Origin: Candidatus Micrarchaeota archaeon
GTDB lineage: Archaea; Micrarchaeota; Micrarchaeia; Anstonellales; Bilamarchaeaceae
DNA: 51,146 bases
Assembly (NCBI GenBank): GCA_030613375.1
Contig: JAUWMC010000002.1
Span: forward strand, 1 to 51,146
Reading direction: 5' to 3'
Shown here in pieces: positions 51,027-51,146 of the stretch. Position 1 is the first letter of the stretch, and every line of letters starts with the position of its first letter. Under the pieces are notes generated by a model. That model searched no databases, was not told where the DNA came from, and saw nothing but the letters and a program-made list of their open reading frames with translations. The translations under genes were made by a program, and so were the position numbers.

Positions 51027-51146
51027 CAGAATTCACTATCCTTAACTCTTTATATTCTTAACTCGCTCTTCAGGTTTTGAAGAAAGAGGAGATTTTCGAG
51101 AGCAAGCCTCCTTTTTCCTCTTTATTTTCCTCGTTATTCTCCCTTT

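Noticed and set aside
1-51146. Search for CRISPR arrays, rRNA genes, reverse transcriptase or DGR elements, inteins and recoded stop codons
   Set aside because: No regularly spaced direct repeats, no rRNA-like conserved blocks and no RT or Cas motifs were seen. All long genes read through with the standard code, and the conserved genes (SMC, GluRS, helicase) show no intein-like insertions.

Overview
The window reads as a gene-dense fragment of an archaeal chromosome, probably from an uncultivated small-genome (DPANN-like) lineage. Lineage cannot be proven from sequence alone. Archaeal hallmarks: isopentenyl phosphate kinase, Hjc resolvase, an Sm-like archaeal protein, archaeal/eukaryal-type GluRS, SMC, a UbiA-type DGGGP-synthase-like prenyltransferase, and the archaeal-type lower mevalonate pathway set (AcnX large and small subunits, UbiD-like decarboxylase, UbiX). 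Other recognisable genes: agmatinase, a long FKBP PPIase, MscS, TrkA/TrkH, a DEAD/DEAH helicase with a DUF1998 zinc module, VapBC, a solo TnpB element, tRNA-Pro(CGG) and tRNA-Ala(GGC). Many genes have an A/T-rich TATA-like box about 30 nt upstream of the start codon, which suggests leaderless or near-leaderless transcripts. About half the coding capacity is unrecognisable by eye. Main second-look items: (1) a 992-aa full-length sigma-70-like protein whose region-4 HTH is repeated nine times, preceded by a co-directional protein built from five helical repeat modules; (2) a 2723-aa giant ORF ending in a PPP-family metallophosphatase, co-transcribed with small unknown ORFs; (3) a lipoprotein plus a helical protein with Gly/Ala-rich hydrophobic hairpins; (4) a catalytically intact solo TnpB with a sense-strand-specific downstream hairpin; (5) a 57-aa HicB-like ORF missing from the ORF track; (6) a tRNA-Ala with a non-canonical D-loop/T-loop elbow; (7) a 13-nt promoter block shared by ubiX and the ubiD-like gene; (8) a 28-nt direct repeat bracketing one gene, followed by a 330-nt ORF-poor structured gap. 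No CRISPR array and no rRNA were seen. All family assignments come from motif recognition by eye; no database search was run.
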